Below, in pieces: positions 54,530 through 64,000 of a stretch of DNA of 64,000 bases. The stretch comes from Vicugna vicugna (Eukaryota). The position numbers were made by a program, and so were the translations under genes. The DNA is taken from contig MU058781.1 of the NCBI GenBank assembly GCA_013265495.1, positions 848,963 to 912,962 of the forward strand, in the 5' to 3' direction. The notes beneath the pieces are model-generated. The model was not told where the DNA came from and searched no databases. It saw only the letters and a list, made by a program, of their open reading frames with translations. Every line of letters starts with the position of its first letter. Position 1 is the first letter of the stretch.

Positions 54530-55500
54530 CTCATGCACACATTCTTTTATGCATTGAACAAATAGACGATAAAAAGCGCTATATTGTGAAGCCTCTGTTA
54601 GGGATTGACGACACAAAGATTGAGAAGCTACTGGTTTATTCTACAAAAGGATTTTGTCTAAGAAAGGAAGACGCACACACGGACAGGTAATTTTTAGACT
54701 GTGTGTTAGATGCTGGGAGGATCCGGTAAAACAGACAGTTTTGACAAAAAGAAGGTAGTCTTCTCTGGCAGGCTCCACAGAGAAAACACTCAAGTTGAGC
54801 CTAGAAGAATAATTAGTTTGCAGGTGGTACATGAAGAGTTGGGAGGATGCCCTTCCAAACAGATAAACGTATGGGAATGTGAAATAATATGACCTATTTA
54901 GAAAATTACCCATATTTTTATATGGCTTAGTCATATTTGGGTAGGAAGCATTTGGTATGAGGAATGCTGAGAAAGGGTAAGAGGGATGAGGCCACAGGAG
55001 ATGTCGCTGCAGAGGCAGAGCAGAATCTGATCAGATGGCAAATACCCAATAGTATGAATTTTGGCTTGTGTGCTTCAGGCAGTGGAAAGGCTTTATGACA
55101 AGAGAGAATGAATTCCTCGACAGTGTGATGATATGGCAACTGCAGCATGAGACTGAAGGTGGAGAAAGCCATTGGCAAGTCATGCTGCTCTTCAGAAGGT
55201 GAGTGTTGAGGTCCTAGACAGATGTAGCAGCAAATGGAATAGAGGAACATAGATATTAAGGGAGAAAAAGAAAAGTCTAGAGAAACTCTGAGTTTTGGGT
55301 CTTTGTGATTCAGCATACGTGAAAACAGAGATTATAGAACTGTAAATGCCAGGGTGCTGGATTATATTAGTTTGCGACTCAGAAAGGAATAAACCAAGTA
55401 GCGAACCCTGGAAGACGCTAACACAAAAGAGGCCAGTGGAGCCAATGAGGAAGTTTGCAAAGGAGATTTCTACAGAAAGTGGGAAGTTAATTAAGGGGAC
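54530..55500 (-). mobile_element. L2 remnant
   Basis: caggcagtggaaaggctttat...gactgaaggtggagaaagcc...gtctagagaaactctgagttttgggt...gcgaaccctggaagacgctaaca. Confidence 0.55.
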
Positions 55501-55905
55501 TAACAAAGGCATCAAAGGAGAAAATCAGAGGTAATATTCCCTTCCTCCTGTTCACTCAGTCACGTTAAAGCCAATAATCTTGTCATGCGTGGAAACACAT
55601 TCTTTTATATTCTTCACAACCCTTGCTAATTTTACCTAGTATATACACAGCAGGTATCAATACATATTTTTGTAAGCATATAGGAGTGCTAAACTATAAG
55701 AACCATCTGGTCACATCTCGTCATTTCAACTAATTTAAAAAAAATCAATATACAATTGAGTTGCAAGATGTGCATAGTGGTGGCAATCAAATACAAGAGT
55801 AAATGGCTTCAAGACAGTGTGAGAAAATTTAACCACTTGCTTATGTGCTAACAGATGGGTTTCTTCTGTGCAGTGAAAACACAAATCTACTTCAGACCAA
55901 CTCAC

Positions 55906-56065
55906 CTTCCTTCTCTCACCATTGATTCCCCTCCATTGCTCGGCTCTCTTCACTATGTAACTTAGCTCCCGATTGGAAATCTCCAAATCATATGGTATAA
56001 AAAACTTGGTTTCGTCACTGTGGATGCGCTGAAATGCATCTAATATCCAAGAACCACTGTGCAAT
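55906..56065 (-). CDS. OFCC1: Internal coding exon, 160 nt: (R)LHSGSWILDAFQRIHSDETKFFIPYDLEISNRELSYIVKRAEQWRGINGERRK
   Basis: Acceptor gattttgtttttag|ATTG and donor AAG|gtgagt; phase 2 in, phase 0 out; lies within ORF 55735..56124. The motif FFIPYDLEISN..AEQWRG..GERRK matches my recollection of OFCC1/ojoplano proteins. Confidence 0.85.
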
Positions 56066-57204
56066 CTAAAAACAAAATCATCTGTTATCTGGTTTTCCCC
56101 TAAATAATGTTTACTTTTTTCCAAAAATGTAGATAATTTGTTCCTTTTATAAATTTCTATTTATTTAATTCACTATTCCCCTTTCTTTTTCAGAAATTAT
56201 TTTACTAAGATTCCATAAATGATTTAATAATTTTCTCTGATAAATATAATCCAACAACAACAGTCTGGGATTTTTGTATTTATCTCCAGTAAGTCTGCTG
56301 TGTCCGATTCTAAGCTACTGACTGTTGAAAAATGAGAATTATTTAGCCATTAATTTGTATCTGAATATCCAAATTTGTTCAAATGTGAGGGATTTGTCAA
56401 AGGAATTTAAGTTTGCGTTTATTTGTCCTCAGTGGGTTGGTTTTAGTGCCCTGTCGTGGACACCCCATTGGACCAGCTCAGCCAGCACACAGGTTTGCTT
56501 GATTGGTTGTTTTGCAGCGTGAGTAATAAATGGACCAATTTGGCGAAGCACCTAACCTGATGAACTGCTCATTTAATCTTTTCACACTTTTCAAAATAGC
56601 TCCAAATATTAATTTAGAAAAGCACCACTCTTCTTGTGATCCTAGAAAAGTGACAACAAAGTACCTTTTGAGAAACATTACTACTTCATTAGTAATATTT
56701 AGATGAGAATTATAAGCAGTAATTAGGCCAATGCTTAAAAAGCTTTTTTCCATTAATTACCTCGAAGTTCAGAGACAAGAAGATATGGATTCTGTTCCTA
56801 ATGTATCAGTGTATTTGTTTCGATGTTTGCTTTTTGTAAGAGTTTGGGTAAAATTAAAACTCTGGGGAAACATCATAATTATCGTGTGACTTCGTGTACA
56901 CTTGGCTCAACAGGTACCTGAAGCTAGTTTAAGAAGGACAGAATCGTGCCACCAGTAGTCTGTCTGTAGTCCCGATGGAGAACCCCAGTGCCTCAATGTC
57001 AAAAAACCAGCCCTTTGAGAGGTTAAGTTTTTACAAAATGTCCAAAATATAAAATTGGACTACCAGGATAGTTAAGGATCACATGGAAATGCTTCTCTGC
57101 ACAAAGCGGAGAACTGTAAGTATTTTATTTCAATGATCAGGATAATTAATTATCGTTTGCTTTAAATAGGCTGGATAATAAAATTCAAATTTATTGCTTT
57201 CTTG

Positions 57205-57362
57205 GTTTTTTTTTTCAAGTTATATTTTTTTGAACAAGACTTTGGGGCGGGGTGGGCAATGAGGTTTATTTATTTATTTTTCTTAATGGAGGTACTGGGG
57301 GTTGAACCCAGGACCTCATGCAAGCTAAGCATACACTCTACCATTGAGCTGTATCCTCCCCC
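57205..57362 (-). mobile_element. Camelid tRNA-derived SINE with TSD
   Basis: Reverse complement reads ggggaggatacagctcaatggtagagtgtatgcttagcttgcatgaggtcctgggttcaacccccagtacctcc...aaataaataaacc. Flanks tgctttcttg (57195-57204) and tgctttcctg (57363-57372). Confidence 0.9.
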
Positions 57363-57706
57363 TGCTTTCCTGTTACAATGGCAGTCGGTTCCACATTCAT
57401 TATGTTATCTAGCCTTACCTTAATCATATCATTTACATATTAACATATTATAATAAAAAAGTGTTCATCTTAACTGTTTATAAGTAACAGACAGAGAATT
57501 TAAACTCAGAGCTAACTCCAAAGTTTACTTTATTCCATCATCAGACTCGTCAGTGATAACTGACCCATGACGTATCTTCATTTAAGATTCTCTATCTCAA
57601 TTTTTTCCAAAAGAGTAAAATAGATTTTTTTGACCCTTTTAGCCAAATAAGATCTATGTTTCTTTTTCTTCCTCAACTATTTTGCATTCATTACAGAGTG
57701 AAAATA

Positions 57707-58174
57707 CAATCAGCTTCCGTATCCATGGGTTACACGTCTACATGTTCAACAAACCAGGGATTGAAAACATTTGGGAAAAAAAGTTTCAGAAAATTCCAAA
57801 ATGCAAAGCTTGAATTTTCTGTGTATAGGTAACTATTTACATAGCATTCACATTGTATTAGGCATTATAAGTGATCTACAGATGATTCTAAGTACAGCTG
57901 ACCCTTGAACAACATAGATTTGAACTGTTTAGATTCACTTACACATGGATTTTTTTCAATAAATATACAGCCATTCAGATTCTTGGATTCTGCATCCACA
58001 GGATCAGACCATGTACCACAAACTTAATACACAATCCACACTCTACAGTTCATTGAATCCTAGGGTGTGGAACCCCAGAATATAGAAGTCCACCGATGGG
58101 ACTTGAGCATCCTTAGGGTTGGGTATCCACAGGGGTCCTGAAACCAATCCTCCACAGATACTGAGGAATGACTG
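57707..58174. mobile_element. TcMar-Tigger composite: MER2 portion (57707-57894) joined to a MER2B/Tigger2-type portion (57895-58174)
   Basis: TA-flanked. ccgtatccatgggtt...tatttacatagcattcacattgtattaggcattataagtgatct; ta|cagctgacccttgaacaac; gggacttgagcatcc...gggtcctgaaaccaatcctccacagatactgaggaatgactg|ta. Confidence 0.85.
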
Positions 58175-61100
58175 TAAAAGCAAAACTGCCACCCAGAGTC
58201 CCGGATGGCCCAAGACAGGCCATATGGCTTGGTGCGATCTAGAAATACAACCACTGCTCTCACTGTGCCGTGAGAGTCTAGGTTGGCCATTTGAATGATT
58301 TGCTAGTTGTCTTGTTAAATAAGAACTAGTCTTTACCATTCTCTTCAGCTTGTTTAATGTAACATTCATCTTTTTCTTTTAATGGTGGTAAGATTTAATG
58401 TAGTTAAATTACTGTCAATTTGCTGCCATAAACATTTTCTATATGAAGATTTTAAGTGCAGGATTATCAACAATGCAATTAACTTTGAATTAATTAGGAA
58501 TCACAGTCCTGTTTCTGCTAGCTTCTGTTCCTTTTGCCCAAGAAATGTCTGTCTCCTCTTTATATCTCCTTCATTCTGTGTAAAAGAATAATTATATAAA
58601 CATCCAAGCCAGAATCTACAGGCTGGTAAACAAATGTTTTAACAGAGAACAAAATGACACATTGGGACATGGAACGCTGTGTAAGATCAATTACATTTTA
58701 GTTTTATTTTTAATTTTTCCCTGCCATTTTGAGTGGCATTTCCCAGTGAAAAGCTTCACGATGTGTTGTTAATGAGTCAACTTACCAAACTTTATTAGCT
58801 TTTAGCCTATTTTTCAGCTCTATAGACCAGCTTACACAAACAAGGAGAAAACAGTCTATGGTTGTATCTGCAAAATTTTAAAAATAAATTGAATGTTGAT
58901 AATTCCGTAATTCATTTGGTAATATAATCCGTCAAGCAATGTAACATTTATCCAAAAGTGAATGACTTTATCCTCTGGGATATTTATGCAGTCCATACTG
59001 ATCAAAGTTGATGACCAGCTATTAAACATTCACTTTTTTGGTTCTCTTTAAAAGGGAAAGATTCCAACTGAATGTTAGAATAATTTCTATAAAGATAAAC
59101 AATGTAGAAAGTTTCAATTTCATAAATAAATCGGGCATTGGTAGACACTGATGAGTCAGAGCAGCGGACAGTTTTCTCTGTATGCAGTATCCCAGTCATC
59201 CAGTAAAATGTGAAGTTTAAACTTTCCATGATCAATTTCGTTAAGAAAATTCGTTACTTTCAAATAGATTAGAAACAGCACATACATACGCGTATTTTCT
59301 TTTTTTTGTTTTTTGCCATTGTGGGTATGTGTGTATAAATATCAGATTGAATTGTATCAAACTGAAAATACTGGATCATATCGGATGAGAGAAGAGAGAA
59401 AAGCAAACATGAAAAAATTCTATTACTTAGTGAATCTAGAAGCAGACTATACAAGCTCATGTACTACTTGTGTGAATTTTTATAGGTTTGAGTTGTTTTT
59501 AATAAAAAGCTAAAATTTTATGATACTCTTGATATCATTACATCATCATTATATGGTGATGATGGAAACATGTTAGATTGATTTAACAATACAGCTATTC
59601 AATATGTCTGACAATTTTACCTTTTAAAAATATTTCTTCAAAATGTAATTAAAAGAGTAGCTACGTTTCACCTGTTCGTAAAGCCTTAGGCCTCACTGTT
59701 TATAGAAGCAGGTCACATATTATGCCACAGGTGCTGGTGATGGACAGTGAAACAAAGTAATCTACAAAGTCCTCTGCCCTGTGTCCTACATTTGAAGCAA
59801 TTCATTGCCTAGTGAATGGCAGAAGCTATTATGTTCGGTTCACATCTGAATGTGGGTCATTTACAGAAACCTAGCATGTGACATTTCTTTTAAAGCTAAA
59901 AAGGACAAGTGTGAACATTTAGCTAATACAGTATTTTAAGAGTCATGAAAAGGATGTAATATATAACTCTAAATAGCTCTAAATTCAAAAATACATTAAA
60001 ATGAAGAAGACTCAAATATGATTGTTCATTTCTAACTCCAAAAGTTACAAATGAGTTTAGCAGTCTGGCTTCATACATACTGTAGTCAATGTGCTTATGA
60101 GGTAAGTTTGAAAACTGCTTATCTACTGGTGTAAATACTGTTGCAAGAACAGCTCTGAACAGACAGCATGTAAAAAGTCGAGCTTCTTAGAGGGTGACCA
60201 CAATACGCTTGCCAAAATTCATTCTTTTTTTTTTAAGTGTTCAAATCCACATATTCTTTAGCAGCATTGGTGAACACTTCAGATGAGGTGTATGACACTG
60301 AAATGTTTATATGTATGGAGAAAGCCTCCACTGGCTTTCTAGAAACCCTTGGCTAGTCACCATTCTGTTCAATAGGAATTAAACTCCAAATGGCTTTGCA
60401 GGATGATGGATCCATCACAAGTGTGTCTGAGATCACCAGGAACCCATCTGCAGTTTTGAGCATCTAAGGTTGCCACATAGTAACCTACTTACCAGATCAT
60501 TAAAGACAAAAAGACAACCTGGAGAGAAAGGTGGACTACAGGGATTGTGAGAGTGGAACTGAGATTTGGAAGCACCAAGTTAGAGCAGAGAACTGGCGAG
60601 AAGGCAGCTAGAGATCATTCTGTATCTGTGGCATGGTTAGCACTTCCCTAGGTCCTCTGGATTTCTTACATACCGTGCCCAAATATTTTGCCTTTCCTCC
60701 ACTGTGTGCATTATTGTGATCCTTAAATTTTTTTCCTTCCACATTGCACTGTATTCTTCTAAGTTGGCTGTTGCCAATGAATTCAAACTTAAGTCCTATC
60801 CTGATCACTTGGATAAATCAAATTCACATACACAAGAGCCATGTGTTAACCTTTCACACTCCTTCACTTTATTCCAGCTGAGAGTTCCAAATGAAAGACA
60901 CTTGGGAACTAGTGTCCTTTGAACACACAGCTTGTAAGGCACATTTTATTTGAAAGAGAATGTGTCTCTTCAGCACTGAGATAATGCATTCATTTATTTG
61001 TTCCTGTTTTTAATTGAACAAACATTTGTTGTGTGTCTACTGTGTTGCAGACTCTTTTCTGGGTCCGGAGATGAGATCGGTCAATTCTAGAGTTAACCGT

Positions 61101-62964
61101 CTTGCCTTCAGTCCTTGGTCCAGAGTTTCCAGTTGTTTTGCCTCCATATTTCTTTTTCATTCTTACTTGACCACTTATGTAACATTTAAAATACATGGTT
61201 CAGAGAGTTTAACCTACCATTTTATGCACCTGTAATTCTCCCTGGCTTGTGGCAGCAAACCAAAACTGTTGCTTGTTTTGTTTGACTCTTTGTTCAGCTG
61301 TTTTAGCGATAAGCGTAGTGAAAACGCTTCCGAAGATCCGTATAGCTTATACATCGGGCTGACACAGAGAAGTGGAGAATAACACTGGCTCACGCACAGG
61401 GACTGTGTCATTTCGTGCGAGTACTTACATGGAAGTGAAAAAGGAACCTTCACGGCCCAGTGGCCTAAAAGAAGCCCGAACCATGGATGTGGGCTGTGCC
61501 AGCAAGACGATCTGCATGTTGTCACTTCTCTCAGGCACCTGCACTGTCTTAACACCTATTTGTCACTGGTCAACACTCACATACCCACCTTCCCACAAGC
61601 TTAGATTGAAAAAAAAAAAAAAAAGCAGAAGTGCCAGTAGATTATTCCAGTTTCTTTTAACCCAGCATTACAGAAACAGGCTAATTTACTGAAACACAGT
61701 TCTCCAAATGACTGATCAACAGTTTAGACTTAACTGACCAGCTTTTATTTTCTTTTCATAAGAGAACATCATGGCATGTTAATTTTGGAATCTAGATGCT
61801 GAATTTTTGCTGTAAAACTCCTTCAACTTTTCTATATATCTGACATTTTTCATAATATAATGTTGGAAAAACCTTAAAAAGAGAGAGAGAGAACATCAGG
61901 TCAAAGAATGTTCTGTTTCTCGCTGATTAAGCTTCTTGTGGCAACAGATGGAGATAGCTGGGCTAGAAATAGATGGTTGGGGTAGAAATTTCTTCTTCTA
62001 TTTGCAGAATAAAAGAAGGGAGGGGAGTGAGCATATAGCATGAACTCAAGCGCCCACACTAGAGAGCCTGAGTATGAGAAACAGAGAGAGGTTACCGATG
62101 GGCTTCTGGCAAGTGGTCCATAGTGAACTGATCTGGACCCAAAGCAATGAGCCATTTGGGTTACGATAATTCAGTTTACTGGAGCTGACGCAATGTACCA
62201 TCCAAATTTCTAAAATAGGTCTGTTCCTGTACCAGCATATCATAAGATGCATAGTCCATTTTTGCCTCTCAGAACACAGAATACCCATAATTAGGTGATA
62301 ATTTAGGGGAGGGCAAAACTTGTTTAGCTATATATTAACTATAAAATTTTCAGAATTTGTTTTCTACGTAGTAAATAATATTTTGTCTTTAGTAAGGAAA
62401 ATTGTAAAGAAGATTGATTCAGAAGTGGAAAATCTTTGATTATCTTATACCTATTCCCTAGACAATGAATATGCTCATAATATTCTCATCAAAATCTGTC
62501 TTTAAATTATTTGAATCTAAATTAATTTTCCTAAGTAATAAATGACAGCAGCTAAAAGTTATAAGGCTATTTGGCACTATTAAGACAATGGTTAAGAATT
62601 CACCAGCACCCCAAAAACTAATTAACTCAAGTACCAATCCTTTAGATTTGTGTACAGCTTCCAGGAATAGGAATGCTTAAACAAATATAACTGACATTTA
62701 AATTGTGGTTTCTCATTCTTTTTATATTATAAAGAAATATGTATGCAGACCATAGGTCTTTTAGATTATTCAGATAAAGAATTTAGTATCAAAGGATCCA
62801 TGTAAAGTCAACAGAGGCTTTACTTGGAAGGTTATGAGGAACTCTGCAAAGCCAAACATGCAGTAAATGTTCTGAGAGGTATCAGTGGCCTTCAGAGTTT
62901 CTCCCATGTGCCAATGCCTATAGATGGCCATTATTAAAAATTGGGTAAAAGGGTAAATTTTAAA

Positions 62965-63175
62965 AAAGAATCTCTAGAAAAGAGCATCTCAATCTATCAC
63001 ATCATAAGCAACTTTGTAAAATTATACACAGGAAACGATGGAAAAAAATGTATCAAAAGATTAACAATGCTTTGTTGCGATGGTGAGACAATTGGTGTTT
63101 TTTAATTTATGTTTTGATTCTTTTTAAATTTTTTAAACTAAATAACATATATTCTTCCTATAATAAGGAAAAAGA
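62965..63175 (+). mobile_element. Old L1ME-like 3' end
   Basis: ggaaaaaaatgtatcaaaagattaacaatg...ggtgagacaattggtgtttttaattt...aacatatattcttcctataat. Confidence 0.5.
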
Positions 63176-63664
63176 TCATTAAAAAGATGCATACTTTTTT
63201 TACAGCCACAAAATTCAAAGTAATTACAGCCAGCTGAAGAACTTCATTGAACAGAGGCAAGGAACCAGTGTCCCAGTCAACTCCCCACTTCACGTGGAAG
63301 AAGAGTGGGAAGAAAGTGGGTGGGGAGAATGAGGAAAAGAGAATTTTAGACAAGCTTTCCTAGAAATTTCCCAAAACGGCATTGTGTATCCAAGGATTAC
63401 TCTTTGTCTCTTGTTTGTTCTTGGTGTGAAGAAACAAGTATAACAATTTACAGCAAAATTAGGTCTCCCTATTATGGAGAAAATATTTCCCTAAAAGTCA
63501 AATAATTCCTCGGCTGGTCTTCATGACAGCTGTTAGACACAACAGAGATTTCTACCTTAGACGTGGAGACATGATTCTAACTTCTCTTCTTTACCCATGT
63601 TCTTAAAGCTTAATCATACACCAAGGAGACTGGAGGCTGAACACTCTGAAGAACAAAAGGACTG

Positions 63665-63815
63665 GGGGTGGGGAGGGTATAGCTCAAGTGGTAGAGTGCA
63701 TGCTTAGCATGCACAAGGTCATGGGTTCAATCCCCAGTACATCCTCCAAAAATAAATAAACTTAGTTACCTCCTCCCTGCCAAAATAAATAATACAATAA
63801 CAAATAAGTAAAATA
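63665..63815 (+). mobile_element. Camelid tRNA-derived SINE
   Basis: ggggagggtatagctcaagtggtagagtgcatgcttagcatgcacaaggtcatgggttcaatccccagtac...aaataaataaacttagttacctcc. Confidence 0.92.
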
Positions 63816-63819
63816 TTAC

Positions 63820-63927
63820 ACAGGAATATGTGTGCATATTCGGGACTGGGACATTGTGAAGCTGTACACCAGAAATTGACACATTATAATTGACTGTAGT
63901 TCAATAAATAATAATAATTAAAAAAAA
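63820..63927 (+). mobile_element. Young L1 extreme 3' end with A-rich tail
   Basis: ggaatatgtgtgcatatt..gactgggacattgt..gctgtacaccagaaattgacacattataattgactgtagttcaataaa. Confidence 0.85.
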
Positions 63928-63943
63928 GATTGAAACACCTTAC

Positions 63944-64000
63944 CTGAGACAGTACAAATACAAAATCAAAGATGAAATGACGAACAGGAGGATGTAAAGT
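63944..64000 (-). CDS. OFCC1: Partial coding exon, 5' end beyond the window; hydrophobic, likely transmembrane segment LYILLFVISSLILYLYCL(R)
   Basis: Minus strand ends CTC AG|gtaagg, a consensus donor (GT at 63943-63942). The phase-2 end joins the A of the 56065 exon to give AGA (Arg). No stops; hydrophobic run fits a membrane protein. Confidence 0.8.

Noticed and set aside
63665..63745. tRNA-like sequences (also 28965-29040 and 57285-57362)
   Set aside because: A/B boxes are present, but each is followed by a SINE body and A-rich tail and occurs as several diverged copies; these are SINEs, not tRNA genes.
1..64000. CRISPR array, operon or other prokaryotic/viral system
   Set aside because: No regularly spaced repeats or dense ORFs; the sequence is mammalian intron with typical interspersed repeats.

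Overview
Mammalian genomic DNA, very probably camelid (alpaca/camel) from the tRNA-derived SINEs and young L1 3' ends. The window is almost all intron of one large minus-strand gene. Three coding exons (63944->window end, 55906-56065, 10889-11095) have canonical GT-AG sites and matching phases. They splice to a stop-free peptide ...LYILLFVISSLILYLYCL-R-LHSGSWILDAFQRIHSDETKFFIPYDLEISNRELSYIVKRAEQWRGINGERRK-VAVYDYIWKSHGVQASISSCDLQQPDEIPVSALGPGGITSYVAVYTVYPSGFQELYRHFLRLPSGAIVE, which I recognise from memory as the C-terminal part of OFCC1 (ojoplano/MRDS1), the gene beside TFAP2A. The next or terminal exon is unresolved. The rest is repeats (SINEs, L1, L2, MIR, MLT1, a MER41-like solo LTR, Tigger/MER2 elements, microsatellites), a small CpG-dense patch and several enhancer-like blocks. 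Almost all ORF-track entries are chance ORFs. I found no prokaryotic-type system (CRISPR, operon) and no convincing novel biological system. The most unusual local signals are a 71-bp templated duplication into an L2 remnant, a CTCF-like motif over a splice acceptor, and a possible poison micro-exon. Repeat family names come from recalled consensus sequences, not a database search, and old-repeat boundaries are approximate.
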